64,000 nt of DNA, taken from the NCBI GenBank assembly GCA_030295235.1, contig AP026125.1, forward strand, positions 2,108,001 to 2,172,000, given 5' to 3'. Within the stretch, counting starts at the first letter, position 1. Each line of letters opens with the position of its first letter. This DNA is from Fistulifera solaris. Lineage: Eukaryota. A model generated the notes under the pieces. That model made no database searches and was not told where the DNA came from. It was given only the letters and a program-made list of their open reading frames with translations. The position numbers and the translations under genes were made by a program. Positions 48,500 through 60,640 of the stretch are shown here, one piece after another.

Positions 48500-50904
48500 T
48501 TACTCAGCGTCCTCGTCGTCTGGTCCCCCGTCAAAGATCATCGGAAGGTCGTCATCCGATTCGTCACTATCCTCGGCTGACTTCATTTCGCTTGGTTTTG
48601 CTGAAGCAAATGAGATCGGCACCTCCTTTTTCGATGCGGCCGTCTCATCGCGAGAGCTACCAGGGACTACCTCAGCTCCACTCAACTCTACTTTTGCAGC
48701 ACGAGGAACAGGCTCAGCTACTACATGTTTTTGTTGTCTGTCACTATCATTGGGAGTTGGTGCTGATAACAAGGTTTCCTCTTGAATTATCGACTTTGAC
48801 TTTTTGCTAGTCCCCCCTTCATCACTTTCCGGCGTTGATCCTGGCCGTTTTAATGATAAGTTTTCTGGTTGTGCCGTATCCGAATTCATTTGCCCCAAAA
48901 TTGCCCGGCTGAGCATAGAAAACTCAGCATACATGTTTTCATCAACTGGTCTAGATCGAACAACTGACAAAGCTGGTATCCGCGCAAACATTGCCAATTC
49001 GCAGGTGCGCGATCCACCATATGCAGCTTCTGTTCCAGGAACGCCTATTCTTTCGGGCCCATGGACAGCATTTGCGGCTGTCCGTAAGACGTCATGGCTG
49101 AGGGAACTGGAGGCCCCGTCTCTCCACGGAACCTGCGCGCATGCAGATGCGAGTTTGAAAATGTCGCTACATGTTGTTTCCATTTGATGTAACTTCCCTG
49201 TTTTCAATTGTTCCAAACATTCGAATGTGATGCTCTCGATCAAGTTGCGCATGTTGAGCGATAAATATTCCCCCGCTACAATGACAGTTGACGTGAGACA
49301 TCGTGCCGACGCAGTCAAAACGCTGAATCGATCGAGCACAGATCCCCATTCTCCCAAGTCTTTCCCATTGACATTCAGATCGTCTTTACTCAATTTCAAA
49401 GATTCCAAAAGAAAGCCAGAAACATACTGAAGGGATTGTTCTAAATCTCTGGAACATTCCTGAGATTTTTTGCCGTTGGACAGCGTTGATTGTGGATCTG
49501 GTCCACATGTCAAAATTGCTGATCGAAACGAGTCGATGGCAGCAATTCGTGCGGGAATCGACCGGTGCAGCCAACGCCGTCGCGTACCTGTAAATTGCAT
49601 GGCACTGGAGGGGTCCACCACTTGGCGAACCGAAGCAGAACTGGTCGTTCGAAGGCCAGCATGAGCGATTTGATAAATCTTTCTGGTGTAAGAAAGTGGT
49701 GGCGCCATGGCGAGCAATCCATTGAACAAAGAAAGCCCGCTAATGAACACCACATTGGCTACATCCCGAGCAAGAACAATCGTATTTAGCAATCCACCAT
49801 CCAAATACTCGGCACGTAACCGTTTGTTGGTACCATGAAAAGAAGTCTCCGCCGTCAGAGGGAATGTCATCATTGTTTCCACGACTCGCAAAATCAAATC
49901 AACGTTGAATTCGACAACAGTAGATTCCTCTGGCCGTTTCAATAGTTGTACACCCAACACCACCAAACCGTGAACTAAATTCAGAAAACGATGCCCGCGC
50001 TCTGTGTTATCACTTGCCTCACCCAATTGACTAATCCAGATATCCAACAGCCTTTGCATCAATGAATCTTGTTCCAGTGTTTCTTCGTAGACGTTGTTGT
50101 TTCGGTTCGGTTGCACCGTTGGGACAGTGCGCACAAGTACAAGCATCAAGCAGGACATGACCGCATCCAAACGAGGCCCCGAAGGGAGAGCTGTCAACAA
50201 CCGTGCCGCCGCTACTTGCACATTTGACTGGTTGCTGTCAAACAATGTTTTGAATGCCCACTCCCTAAGGTTGTTGAGCAGTTCCGTACTCCGTGCTAGT
50301 TTGATACCAAACAAAGTGACGAGCGCTGCCGCTGATTGCAAAATTGCTTCTCTCATGAGCGATGTTTCCTCATCGTCGATATCATCACTCGGTTTAGCGT
50401 TTGTTTCTACAGTCGCTAATTGTTGCAGCAACTGCTTTCCCAAAGTTCCCATGATTTCGAACGATGCGATAGTACTTGTATCGGGATTCTCGGCCGTACG
50501 AACTGTCTGACAGATAGTATTGATGAGATCCGCCGCTAACGCGACAAGAAGACTGGACTGATGATTGGAATACGAAGAGAGAATACGGAGAATAGCCGAT
50601 ACAATTAATTGTGCATCGACCGTCGGTCCTTGTGACGAGCGTTCGTCGGATTTCGACGACTTGTTTCCTCCTCGTTTTGTACTTTGCGTGGAAGCATTCT
50701 CCAAAACCGTTTGTGCATCGTGATGATTGTGGTAAAATAAAGTCCCTCTTCGACTGATAGTAGAAATGAGGAGTTGCAATGCATCCACCACTGGCTCATA
50801 AAGATCACAATCTTCGATATTCTTTTCGTACAATCGCAAAGACGAAGCACTTCCTGCCCCGTTGGCAACGCGTCTGTGGGAAGAGGAGGTTGAATCATCG
50901 TCAT
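48500..50904 (-). CDS. Large alpha-helical protein, PELP1/Rix1-like (tentative)
   Basis: Helical Leu-rich body, acidic tail DSDESDDDLPMIFDGGPDDEDAE; true start uncertain (ATG 50904 plus a frameshift is more likely than the ORF extension into the repeat). Confidence 0.45.
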
Positions 50905-51084
50905 AGATTTTTTTGTGAGACAAACATATCCATTCGTTGTATAATATCAAGAGAACGTTGTGTTCTAGATTTGCAAAGAACATGAGCACACGGGTGGAGG
51001 AGGACGCGAAAGAAAGACGCGAAAAAGGGTGCGCGAAAAGTTTGGCCCCGCGGATAATCTGGAATTCCGGATTCCTTTGTGAAA

Positions 51085-51762
51085 ACGTCGCAATGCGCGC
51101 TGCGCGCAAAAGCAACCACCAATAATCCAGTCGTGGATTTGTGAAACCAACAGTTTGGGTCATAGTAAAAACATGTAGGTCAGGATTCGAGAGCATTTGT
51201 GGCCTGAAATTGCAATTGACCGGAATTCCAAGGTTAGCACATAATTAGCTTTAGATCTATTATTGTATTGAGATTATAATCAAACTCGAAGAAGACAACA
51301 AATTCGCGCTGCAGGCTGCATGCAGAAAAGGATTGAAGAAATCCAGTCGTGGATTGGTAGAACCCACAGTTTGGATGATAGTAGAAACATGTGGGTCAGG
51401 GTTCGATAGCATTTTTGGCCTGAAATTGCAATTGACCGGAATTCAAGGTTAGCACATAATTAGCTTTAGATCTATTATTGTAATGCGATTATGATCAGAC
51501 GCGAAAAAGACAACGAATTCGCGCTGCAGGCTGCATGCACAAAAGGATTGATGCAGTCTCATGACAGAAATCCAGTCGTGGATTGGTAGAACATACAGTT
51601 TGGATCATAGTAAAAACATGTAGGTCAGGATTCGATAGCATTTGTGGCTTGTGGCCTGAAATTGCAATTGCGCGGAATTCCAAGGTTAACACATAATTAG
51701 CTTCAGTTCTATCAACGTAATGAGACTATAATCAAACGCAAAAATGACAACAATGCGCGCTC
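51085..51762. repeat. Three tandem copies of a ~216-229-bp unit
   Basis: Anchor AATCCAGTCGTGGATT at 51124, 51340, 51569; shared GGCCTGAAATTGCAATTG and CACATAATTAGCTT. Confidence 0.95.
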
Positions 51763-51784
51763 TATTTATTGCCTTGCTTCGAGT

Positions 51785-52070
51785 GTCTACGTGAAAGTCA
51801 CGTAGGCCCCGTCGGAATTTTACTACGTATCGATGTAGGTAGCACATTCACAATTTCGGATTTGACCTCATCGATTCAAATTTCCGAAAGCGACAAATAT
51901 CATCAGAACAATTTTCTAACGTCACGGATTACCTGAGCAAGATTTGTCATCAAATTGGAACGTCAAAACTTGAAAAAGACAGCAGATGCACCGCTGTTGC
52001 GGATGACTACGTGCGTTTCACGTAGAACCCCGTAGGGAAAATTTATCGACAGAGGGGGCACCCGGAGTTT
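51785..52070 (+). promoter_or_regulatory. Dispersed ACGT-hairpin element, copies 4 (partial) and 5 (220 bp apart)
   Basis: CTACGTGAAAGTCACGTAGGCCCCGT at 51787; CTACGTGCGTTTCACGTAGAACCCCGTAGGGAAAATTTATCGACAGAGGGGGCACCCGGA at 52007. Confidence 0.65.
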
Positions 52071-52221
52071 CTTCCTTTTTATTATCGTCGCGACGCGCAA
52101 CGCGAGGAAACAAAAATACAGAAGACACTTTTGTTGCGTTCATCTTTCATTACAGCACTATAAACAGCGATTTGCCTTACATTGATCAGCTTCGAGCGAC
52201 CTCATTACTTGACAAAGAAGA

Positions 52222-55200
52222 ATGGCGCCTTCTTTTTCACCCGGCGAGGCTGTTTCTACAATTTTCGGAGCCGGAGTCGTCGTACACCATGACCTCCAAC
52301 TGCAACAATATTGCGTTTGTTTATGGCGAATTCCTGGAAAATCTATCGCGTCTTCCTCCGTAGCGTACTTACAAGCTTCGGCAATCGTCGAGAAGATTCC
52401 GGTAGCTCCCGGAATGTTTACGAAAGTCGTACAGTCCTCGGAAGGCAAAGAAGCAGAAGAAAACAGTAAGGAAGTACTCGTGCACTGTTACGATGCTACA
52501 AACAAAACGTTTCTTGTTTCGGAGGTTCTTTCCGATAACAACAAGAAAAATGAATCAACAGAGTTATCTTTAGCGCTGTCTCACAAACAGTCACTGCCGA
52601 AACACGTATCCGCACTGCAATCTGTCACATCCCAGGAACTACAACCAGCACCGGCCGCTCAATTCTATCCATTTCTAGAAACTCTCATGAAGAGGGCGGA
52701 TGATACTGTCGTCATGACACGAAATATGTTACAAAGTCAACAAACGCAGCAGTTTCTGCAACACACCGACCGCGTCACGTCACAAGCTGTGCAAGCCGCC
52801 TCCTTGTCCGCCAACGACGTGAAAAATGTCGCACCTGCGGCGGAACAAGGATTGCATCAGGTAGTACAATTGATGAAAGATGAATCGTTGACGGAACTGT
52901 TAGAAACTTGTAAGAGTCGTTTGGATGAACTGGTACGCAGTACCGATATTTCCAAGACGACGCAACAAGTTCTCGAAAAGACGGGTATCCGCATTCAATT
53001 GCCCGAAAAGGCTTCCTTACAAAACACGCGAAAGGCCGCTTTGGAGGCACTGAATGATTTGTTGGAACGTCATAACAAAGGAGAAGACTGGCATGCGGTT
53101 CGGGGAGCAACTCGCGACACAATTTTCGACGACGTTTGATTCACTCGCGGCAGCGGCCAAATCCGATCGTCAATTGCAACAATGGTTTGGTGAGATCTCC
53201 GACAAAACAGCCATGTGGCAACAAGCCACGGGGAGACTTTTGCAAACACGGTCGGCGACTCTCTTTTAGAAGGCGCCAGTCGATTACAGAATCGTGCGGT
53301 AGCCTTAATTCGGCAAGCCAATTGGGCCGGAGATATTGGGTCACATTTCACCAAATCATTCACTGAGGGAGATGCTGCGATGGCTCGCGTCAAATCTTTG
53401 GAACTGGGGCGAGGCATTGAAATCTAGATTGGTTCACGCCATTGAGCTGAGAAGTGAATCGATTGGCGGATTGGATGGGATTATCGCTGGTGCATTGTCA
53501 GCTCTGGACCACAAAGGTAATGGCGATATCCAAGCATTACTTTCGAATTTGCAGAAACAAGCTAGCTCGGCAACAACCAACGCGCATGAAACGTTAATTA
53601 CTGTATTGTCGTCGCAGAGTGAGTACCGCGAAGCTGCTCTGATGCGACTCGAGAGGGTTTTGTGCTCGCTTTCCAGTCATTTGGGAGGGACACCGCAAGA
53701 GATTGCCGCAATGGCTCGTGGGGAAGGAGGTACCCATAAGATTTTTGAACCGATTGCCAAACAGGCCATGCAACAGATCGACCATCATTTGGATGCAGCT
53801 GAAACGCAGATCAAAGATCCAACCATATTGCATGTGTTACAAAAAGTCAGGAAGATTATGTCGGGAAAGATGTCTCCCAACGATGTGATGGATGAAATTG
53901 TATCCGTTTTGAACGATGACAAGGTAGTTGCAGCCAGCGAGACGATTGTACAGCACAGTGAGCATGTTCTCGATGCTCTTGAAGGCGTATCGGGTAACAA
54001 AGCCGTGGCCGATGCTATACAAATAGCTGAGCGTGCTGGAATCACAAAAGATTCAGTGCTGCAGGAGTTTGGGAAGCTTAACGTGGATGAGTTGATTGGG
54101 ACAGCAGGAACTGCTGTTACGGATGAGAAAGCTCGGCAACAACTACTATCGTCGGCCACAGATGCTGCTTTGGATTTTGCACTACGCGTCTTGCCGTCCA
54201 TGCCTGTACCTCCCTTTGAGGGAGTGAAAGACGGGCTCATTTATCACATATCCAATCTATCAATGAAAGGATTTCGTGTAAAAAAGGAAGACATTCACAT
54301 TGTTTTAGCAGGAATGCGAGCAACGAAAAGAGACCACAGGTCTTCCGCAATTTCTACGGAAGATAACAGTTCTTCTCTTTTGGGACTTACCAAGGACGAC
54401 TCCATGGAAGTTCAAGAGTTAGAAACTCAAGTGAAACCAACGGAGCTATTAATCATAGATATACGAGAGATATCCGCAGTTTTTGATAATGCTGAGTGGA
54501 GTTTTGAACAAACATACCTCCCTTACCTTAAGGGAGATGGGAAAGTCGATGTTAAGATGAGTGGTGGGGCGATACGACTACAATTCGAATTACGACGCCG
54601 TCGAAAGCAAACTGCAGAAGGCGCTGAGTTTTGGGAACCCGTGTTATGCTTACATGATAGGGAGTGCACCATATCGGATGTTGACATGAATTTGCAGGGT
54701 GATAGTAGACTGGCATGGATCATCAACAAAGCTGCAGGAATTTTTCGAGTTCCACTTAGAGATTATGTCGTACGAACAATAATTCGCATTATCGCCGATC
54801 GAAGCGGGTGGATTCTTAAGCGTCTGAATGATGTTTTGTCGCCTTACTGGGACGTTATTCTTCGCACAGCGAAGTTGAAAATGGTACGTTGTTCATCATT
54901 AGACCATAGTAGTGACTTGCCTCTTCTTTGTCTCACAACACCCTATAATTGAAGAACGACCTGGTAGAGGCGGATGAACATGTAGTTGTAGAAGAAGTAA
55001 AGAGTCAAGCTACAGTGATTGAATTAGTTTGGCGTGAGCGGCTTCCTCTAGGCATGAACTTACTAACAAACGATCCATCTGGTTTACTAAAAGTTGTGGA
55101 CTTTCCTCGCGGAAGTCAGGCACGTGCGGTTTGCGAGAAGCGAAACCTCACTCCAGCCTTGTTTGAAGGGGCGACCATCGTTGCTGTGAACGGTACGGAG

Positions 55201-56362
55201 TTCGAAACGGCTAGCGATGCCTTCGATGCGCTTCGTGAACCAGGACGGCCGAAAACAATCCGCTTTGAACTGGCCGAAAGCGAAGAAGCTGAAAAGCTGA
55301 GACTATTTGTCGAGGCCTCGAGAACAGAAAAGGTATCCGACGGGTACATCCGGGGGTCACCGCAACGCAATTTAGAGTATCGCATGGTTGAATTTATGTC
55401 GGATCGCGAACTGGGAATTGAATTTGGAACTTCGGTTGACAATGCATGCCTTGTTGTGACTTCCTTTCTAGAGAGCCCAAATGGTATTGTCTACGAAGCT
55501 GAGAAGTCAGGAAAGATTAGAATCAACGACATTCTTACACACATAAACGGGACTCTTGTGGCCGGAAAAGAAGGACCCAAAAAGGCTATAACTTTACTTG
55601 AGAAGAGCACGACGCAACAGACCATGACGCTTCAGTTTTCGGACCCGTACATGCACACAGTCTACGCACAAAAAAGTGAGCGAGGTTCCAGGAGCTGATT
55701 GCAATGGAGGGCCCGACGAGCTTGTACTCGAAGAGATTTTGCGCAAGGATGGTTCCAAACGGATAGCTGTCACTGGATTCAAAGAAGTAAGCGGAATGGC
55801 CGAAGGTGGCGGTATCATGCTCGGAGATTATTTAGTTTTTGTGAATGGGTTTCCAGTTGGTGCTGGTTGTCGATGGCTTGGCGTAGAACACAAGCCTGCT
55901 CTTGATGACGTCCTTGAGATGCTGCAAGAAGTATCGGCCTATCCCATGGGTCTCACATTCGCACGACCGAAACAAGGGAGTTCGTTGTGGGAAGCCAGCT
56001 TCGGAGAGACACATTTGCTTCGGGACGACGAAGCTGAAACAATTTGTATTACTGCGGAAAGCAGCGACAGAATTGGTTGTCTTTTCGATCAGGCAGACTC
56101 TGGGGATATCATGGTTCGCGACTTTCACGGCGTTCCCGGTCTTTTTCATCGCTATTTCGTTTCATGCATTGAGAATGATCTCCAACTTCCTCTGTCAATC
56201 GAGTCATTAAATGATGAACTTGTCCCTTCTTATGCTACCGTAGACATTGTCAGAAGTGCTTTGAAGCGCGGCTGGAACTCTGATAGCAGCGTCACTATGC
56301 AGCTTTGCAATGACCGAGTGAAAGATTGGTTGTACTCCTGTTGCGAAGAAGGGAGCACGTAA
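52222..56362 (+). CDS. Large protein with helical region, BPI/TULIP-like (HAM1-C-like) segment and several PDZ-like domains
   Basis: Consecutive same-strand ORFs joined by frameshifts (~53105, ~53260, ~53410, ~55675) and an intron from 54883; LIYHISNL...WSFEQTYLPYLKGDGKVDV; PLGMNL...IVAVNG, LGIEF...DILTHING, GDYLVFVNG. Confidence 0.6.
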
Positions 56363-56856
56363 CGGGAAGAGAATGCAACTATGAGTGCAGCCTTCTAGGA
56401 TCTTGTTCCTTTCGGTTTTCGCAAAATGCGGAGACCGGTGTCTAGAGACTAGACTTTAGAGAACAGAAGTTAAAACATTGATTTTGAGTGGTCTACATAG
56501 TCTCTTTAGTCTCTAGTGTTTGCTGTTAATAAGAACCTTAGCATTTGGCATTCTTCGGATCCATTGAATGCATTCCGAAATGTTGTTCATTACTGACTGT
56601 GCTTTTGCGGAATCATCGGTACCCGGTACCCATTCTGCTAAAAAGCAAACGGCGAATTAGGCCCAAGGAATAGCATTTCCAATCAGATTCTTATTGATAC
56701 AGTTTAGATCATAGTCACTGCTGTGGCCATTTACTTGGAGACCGTATAGAACAATTACTTGTTTCATACATAGTTTTCAATTTTCCTAAAGCCCTAAGTA
56801 ATCAACAATTCGACTGTCGTAGCAAATGTTTTATTTCTAAATAGAGATTTTGACGC

Positions 56857-59041
56857 ATGTCGGTCTTCACCAATTCGAAATCCAAACATCGCCAAATCAA
56901 CCGCATGAAAAGAACACCATCCTGTTGGAAACAAAAGCACGAGCAAACGGTTGCACATGCTATCTCCATCGAAAAGGATACGATGAAAGGCTCCAGTTTT
57001 GTCGATAGGGGTAGTTTATTGTCGGGAAGCGCTCGACCCGGAAAACGCGCTTTGAGTTATAGCCAACATTCAACTGCAATTGACGACACGAGGCAAGAGC
57101 AATTTCACACACAGAGAACCATTGACTCCTCGGGACCAAGAGAAGGTGTCTCTTCAAGTGTACCATTTAATAAATTGTCGCCGCAAGTAGACATTCCGGA
57201 AAGAGGAGATATACAAGATGATGATGGAGCAGAACGGCCTCTTGTAATGAATTGCGTTTCGCTCAATACGTTTGTAGAAGGAATGAGAAGTCCTCTTTAC
57301 AGCCAAAGTACCAGCTCAACAAAAAGAAAAAAGCGCTAAAGTAAAGCAGGAAAAAGTACGGACGGGCCGTAGAAAGTCGAGAAATAGCTGTTCAGTTAGC
57401 CAGAAAACTCAACGCAAATCAAGGAAGAAACTTTCTCCACAACTGATGGCGTCCTTGGCTGATGTTGATGATGAATTGTCTCCAGTCGAGGATATTTCTA
57501 GCGATGACTTTGTTATGGAAGATCAGGATCAAAGTTACTCTATACATCATGAACCTCTCCTTGTGGACACTTCACGCTCCACGTCAAAACAAATACCACT
57601 ACCTGCTGAATCGCCGCGGTTCAGTGATTTCATCTCTGGGAATTTTTCACAGTTGCGAGGAATTTCCTCTCAAAAGTTTGATTTTTCAATTATACAACAA
57701 ACCATTGAGTCAGTTCAAGAGACTTCCCGGGCAATTACCACACCTCTGGTGACGAGATCAAATGAAATATCTGACTTGTTCTCAAGGAATTTCGATCGGT
57801 GTCGATGTGATGACGATCGGAAAGGATCACAATCAGTGGAGAGTTGTCCATCCGATGAAATGACTCCTCATACGCAAAGTAGCGATGATAGCTCATATAA
57901 TGAACCGCTCCAATTTATTAGCAGCCAACAAACAAGTCATACCGCTCGAGAAGAACCTTGCAGATCCATCCAAGAACTAATTGAAGAAAGTTACTTCCAA
58001 CACGTGATTGGTGAAGGTCTCTCGTACATTGAGGAAGAGACACCTTCTGGTATTAGAGGGGAAATGTCTGGCGATGAGGAATCTCTTTTGGTGTCGTCTT
58101 CTTCACCAGCGAATAGCGAGAGGACTCCTCTGCACCACGAGGCACGAGAGGACGAACATTTACAGATATCATTCGACGACGGCTCTGTCGCTGCTGATAG
58201 CAAACCACTTACGAACAATATCAAAGGTACTGGTCACATCTCGTCGAGGGTTATAGACTTAAATCAAACCAAGGAAGCGGAGGACAATATAGTGACCTCG
58301 TGCAAGAGCGATGAGCTTTCCATTGCATTTTCGTTGGACGACGAGGAATTCAAAGAGTCTGCTTCTACGAAATCATCCTTTGACTTTGTGGAAGATCGGG
58401 ACTTGAGAACGGTACTACGCTTGACGCTGGAAGGTGGTAACGCCGATCTTTTGTTTCCTTCCTTATCTAAAGTGAGGTCGGAGACACCAACAAATTTAAA
58501 AATAGGGGAGAGTGGGTCATCAGATGACGGCCTGGAATATGAGATAGAAAATCTAGAGGCTCTTGCCACAGACATTCAGCAAGAGATTGAGACCGCCGAT
58601 CAGTTTGCTTCATTTCAGAGGAGCCCAACGTCGCACATTCGGCCAGCTCCCTTGCGGAGGGTGGAACCTTTCGTGAGAATGCCTTCTCCTTCCGAAGCCT
58701 CATCAATGGATAGCAGCTACAGTGATGCCACTTCAGTTAGCCAATTCTCGCCTTCTTCGGTGGGACGAACACCTGCTGCTGGACGAAGAGTCCATTTTTC
58801 CAATGAGAACGAAGAATATATTTTCGTCACAGAATCTCGCAGCGCCGACAGCACCCGAAATGTGACCAACTTCTTGGATGATTTCTTGGTTGCTGTCGAA
58901 GACCTTATGGAAGATATGACGCTGACGTGTGCTCGTGCCGTCGAACACCACAGACCCTCGAACATGGAGAGTGTAATTGGAAGAGCGAAGGACGCAGCAC
59001 CGTCCAAGAATAAGAAGGATGAAATTAGTCAAACGGCTTGA
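56857..59041 (+). CDS. Hypothetical Ser/Asp/Glu-rich low-complexity protein
   Basis: ORFs 56857..57339 and 57446..59041 on the same strand, probably joined across the A-run ~57325; RRVHF motif near the C-terminus. Confidence 0.5.
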
Positions 59042-59147
59042 ATGTTACTTCATAGATTATAAACACTTTATTTAGCCGCGCGACACAAGAATCTTATGAA
59101 ATCTCAGTGATTGGGCAAATCGTACCAAGTAACACTTTTCAACAATG

Positions 59148-60539
59148 CTAGATTTCTTTGGCTCGTTGGTTTGGTTGATTCTCAGATGCTAGTGCGGCAG
59201 CCGTCAATAAGCGTTTTCGTCGTTGTGAATCATTTGGGGTATTATTCTGCTGACTTTGTTCGTGCTGCAATAGTTCTTCACGCTTCGCAAATGATTCGAC
59301 CGAGGCTTGCTCAAACCACTGCAACATGAGTCGATGAGGATGACGGTGCGGAAAATGTTGCTGTGAAAGCTGCGCCCAACCGATAGTAGGATGCTCCTCC
59401 ACGATTTGCAGTAGTTCCTGTTTTTCAGCAGAAGTAAAAGGCTTCGTTGTGTACTGTTCCGGGTTGAGAGTGCGATTCCATTTGTCGGCGACACTTTTGG
59501 AGTTTCGTGGGAAATGAGACGACGCTCGATATAATGTCAGCGAAGAATGGTTTTGTCGTGCACCCGGTTCTATTTCTCGATCAACTCGATTGTCATCGTC
59601 AATATCGGCATTGGCAGCTAACGTGTTGTTCTCGCCAGTTGCACCGTTCTCGTCGTCAGCACTCGCACCGACTGTTCCCTGTCGTGATGGCATAGGGTCG
59701 TGGTAGAACTTCATCAAAAGAACTAGTTTTCGTTCTTCGTCCAGCGTCCAAAAATCATGTACGAAATTGGGATTGAGCAAAGATTGATGAATGCGATTGA
59801 AGAATTGCTGCCTGGTTTTATGCGGAAAGAATTGAGCAGTCATTCGTACAAAGGAATCGATATCCCAAACATGCTGCGGTCCAGCTGCAGCTATGTATTT
59901 CAAGAGCAATTCATCTTGTGGTAATTTCCATGCATGATTGGCTGGCGGATTGGCTTTCAAATTTGCCACAAGTTGCTTCCAGGGAGAGTCGACAACAGTA
60001 GGATCATGGCGCGCGTATTGGATACGACATTCCTCAGCAGTTCGCCGTGGTTCGTTGGGTACTCGCTTGTGCAAAGCAGTAGCGACCTGCTCCCAGTCAA
60101 CCGATTCGTTCGCGGTGACTACTGCTTGCAGTGCTTGGTCTTGTGCCGACGACCAGGGCGGCTGCGTGTGATAGAAGAAAGTCGATGCTTCCAGTTGCTG
60201 TCGTCGACGTAGAGTATCCGGGTTGGGTGCCGGTTGTGATTGACGCGAATCGGAAAAGAATCGTTCTTGTCGCTTGCCGTATAGATTTATCGCTGGAGAA
60301 GGAACATTGTTGTCTTCTGTCTGGCGACTTTTTCTCTTGCGCGACTTAGCAGGTTTAGCAATGTGTTGTTCCTGTTGTTGGATGTTCTGCTTTGGTCGTA
60401 ATTGTTGAGTATAATATAAAGCCCATGAACGATTTTGTGCTTTGTGTTGAGCCAGAATACGCAATTCCTCACGAATCTTTCTTTGCAGCCTTCGATTCGT
60501 TTCTAAGAGCTTTTGCCGTTCTACTTCCGGCGCTTGCAT
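59148..60539 (-). CDS. Myb/SANT-repeat protein, SNAPC4 (SNAP190)-like
   Basis: N-terminal coiled coil (NRRLQ), FFSD...PAPNPD, Myb repeats WSSAQDQAL...DWEQVA...RTAEEC, WKLPQDELL, WTLDEERKL, FTSAEKQEL...GWAQLS. Confidence 0.65.
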   Translation of the reverse strand: MQAPEVERQKLLETNRRLQRKIREELRILAQHKAQNRSWALYYTQQLRPKQNIQQQEQHIAKPAKSRKRKSRQTEDNNVPSPAINLYGKRQERFFSDSRQSQPAPNPDTLRRRQQLEASTFFYHTQPPWSSAQDQALQAVVTANESVDWEQVATALHKRVPNEPRRTAEECRIQYARHDPTVVDSPWKQLVANLKANPPANHAWKLPQDELLLKYIAAAGPQHVWDIDSFVRMTAQFFPHKTRQQFFNRIHQSLLNPNFVHDFWTLDEERKLVLLMKFYHDPMPSRQGTVGASADDENGATGENNTLAANADIDDDNRVDREIEPGARQNHSSLTLYRASSHFPRNSKSVADKWNRTLNPEQYTTKPFTSAEKQELLQIVEEHPTIGWAQLSQQHFPHRHPHRLMLQWFEQASVESFAKREELLQHEQSQQNNTPNDSQRRKRLLTAAALASENQPNQRAKEI

Positions 60540-60640
60540 CTTTGATTTATCCTAGCAACAACGATTATAAGATACGAAACACAGTCTACTTCATTCTCCG
60601 TTACCTGGTATCATGAACAACAACACAGCCACAGAATGAG

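Noticed and set aside
50905..51196. N-terminal extension of the 898-aa ORF
   Set aside because: Its start lies in the 51-kb tandem repeat (same peptide in ORF 51495..51692); the likely true start is near 50904
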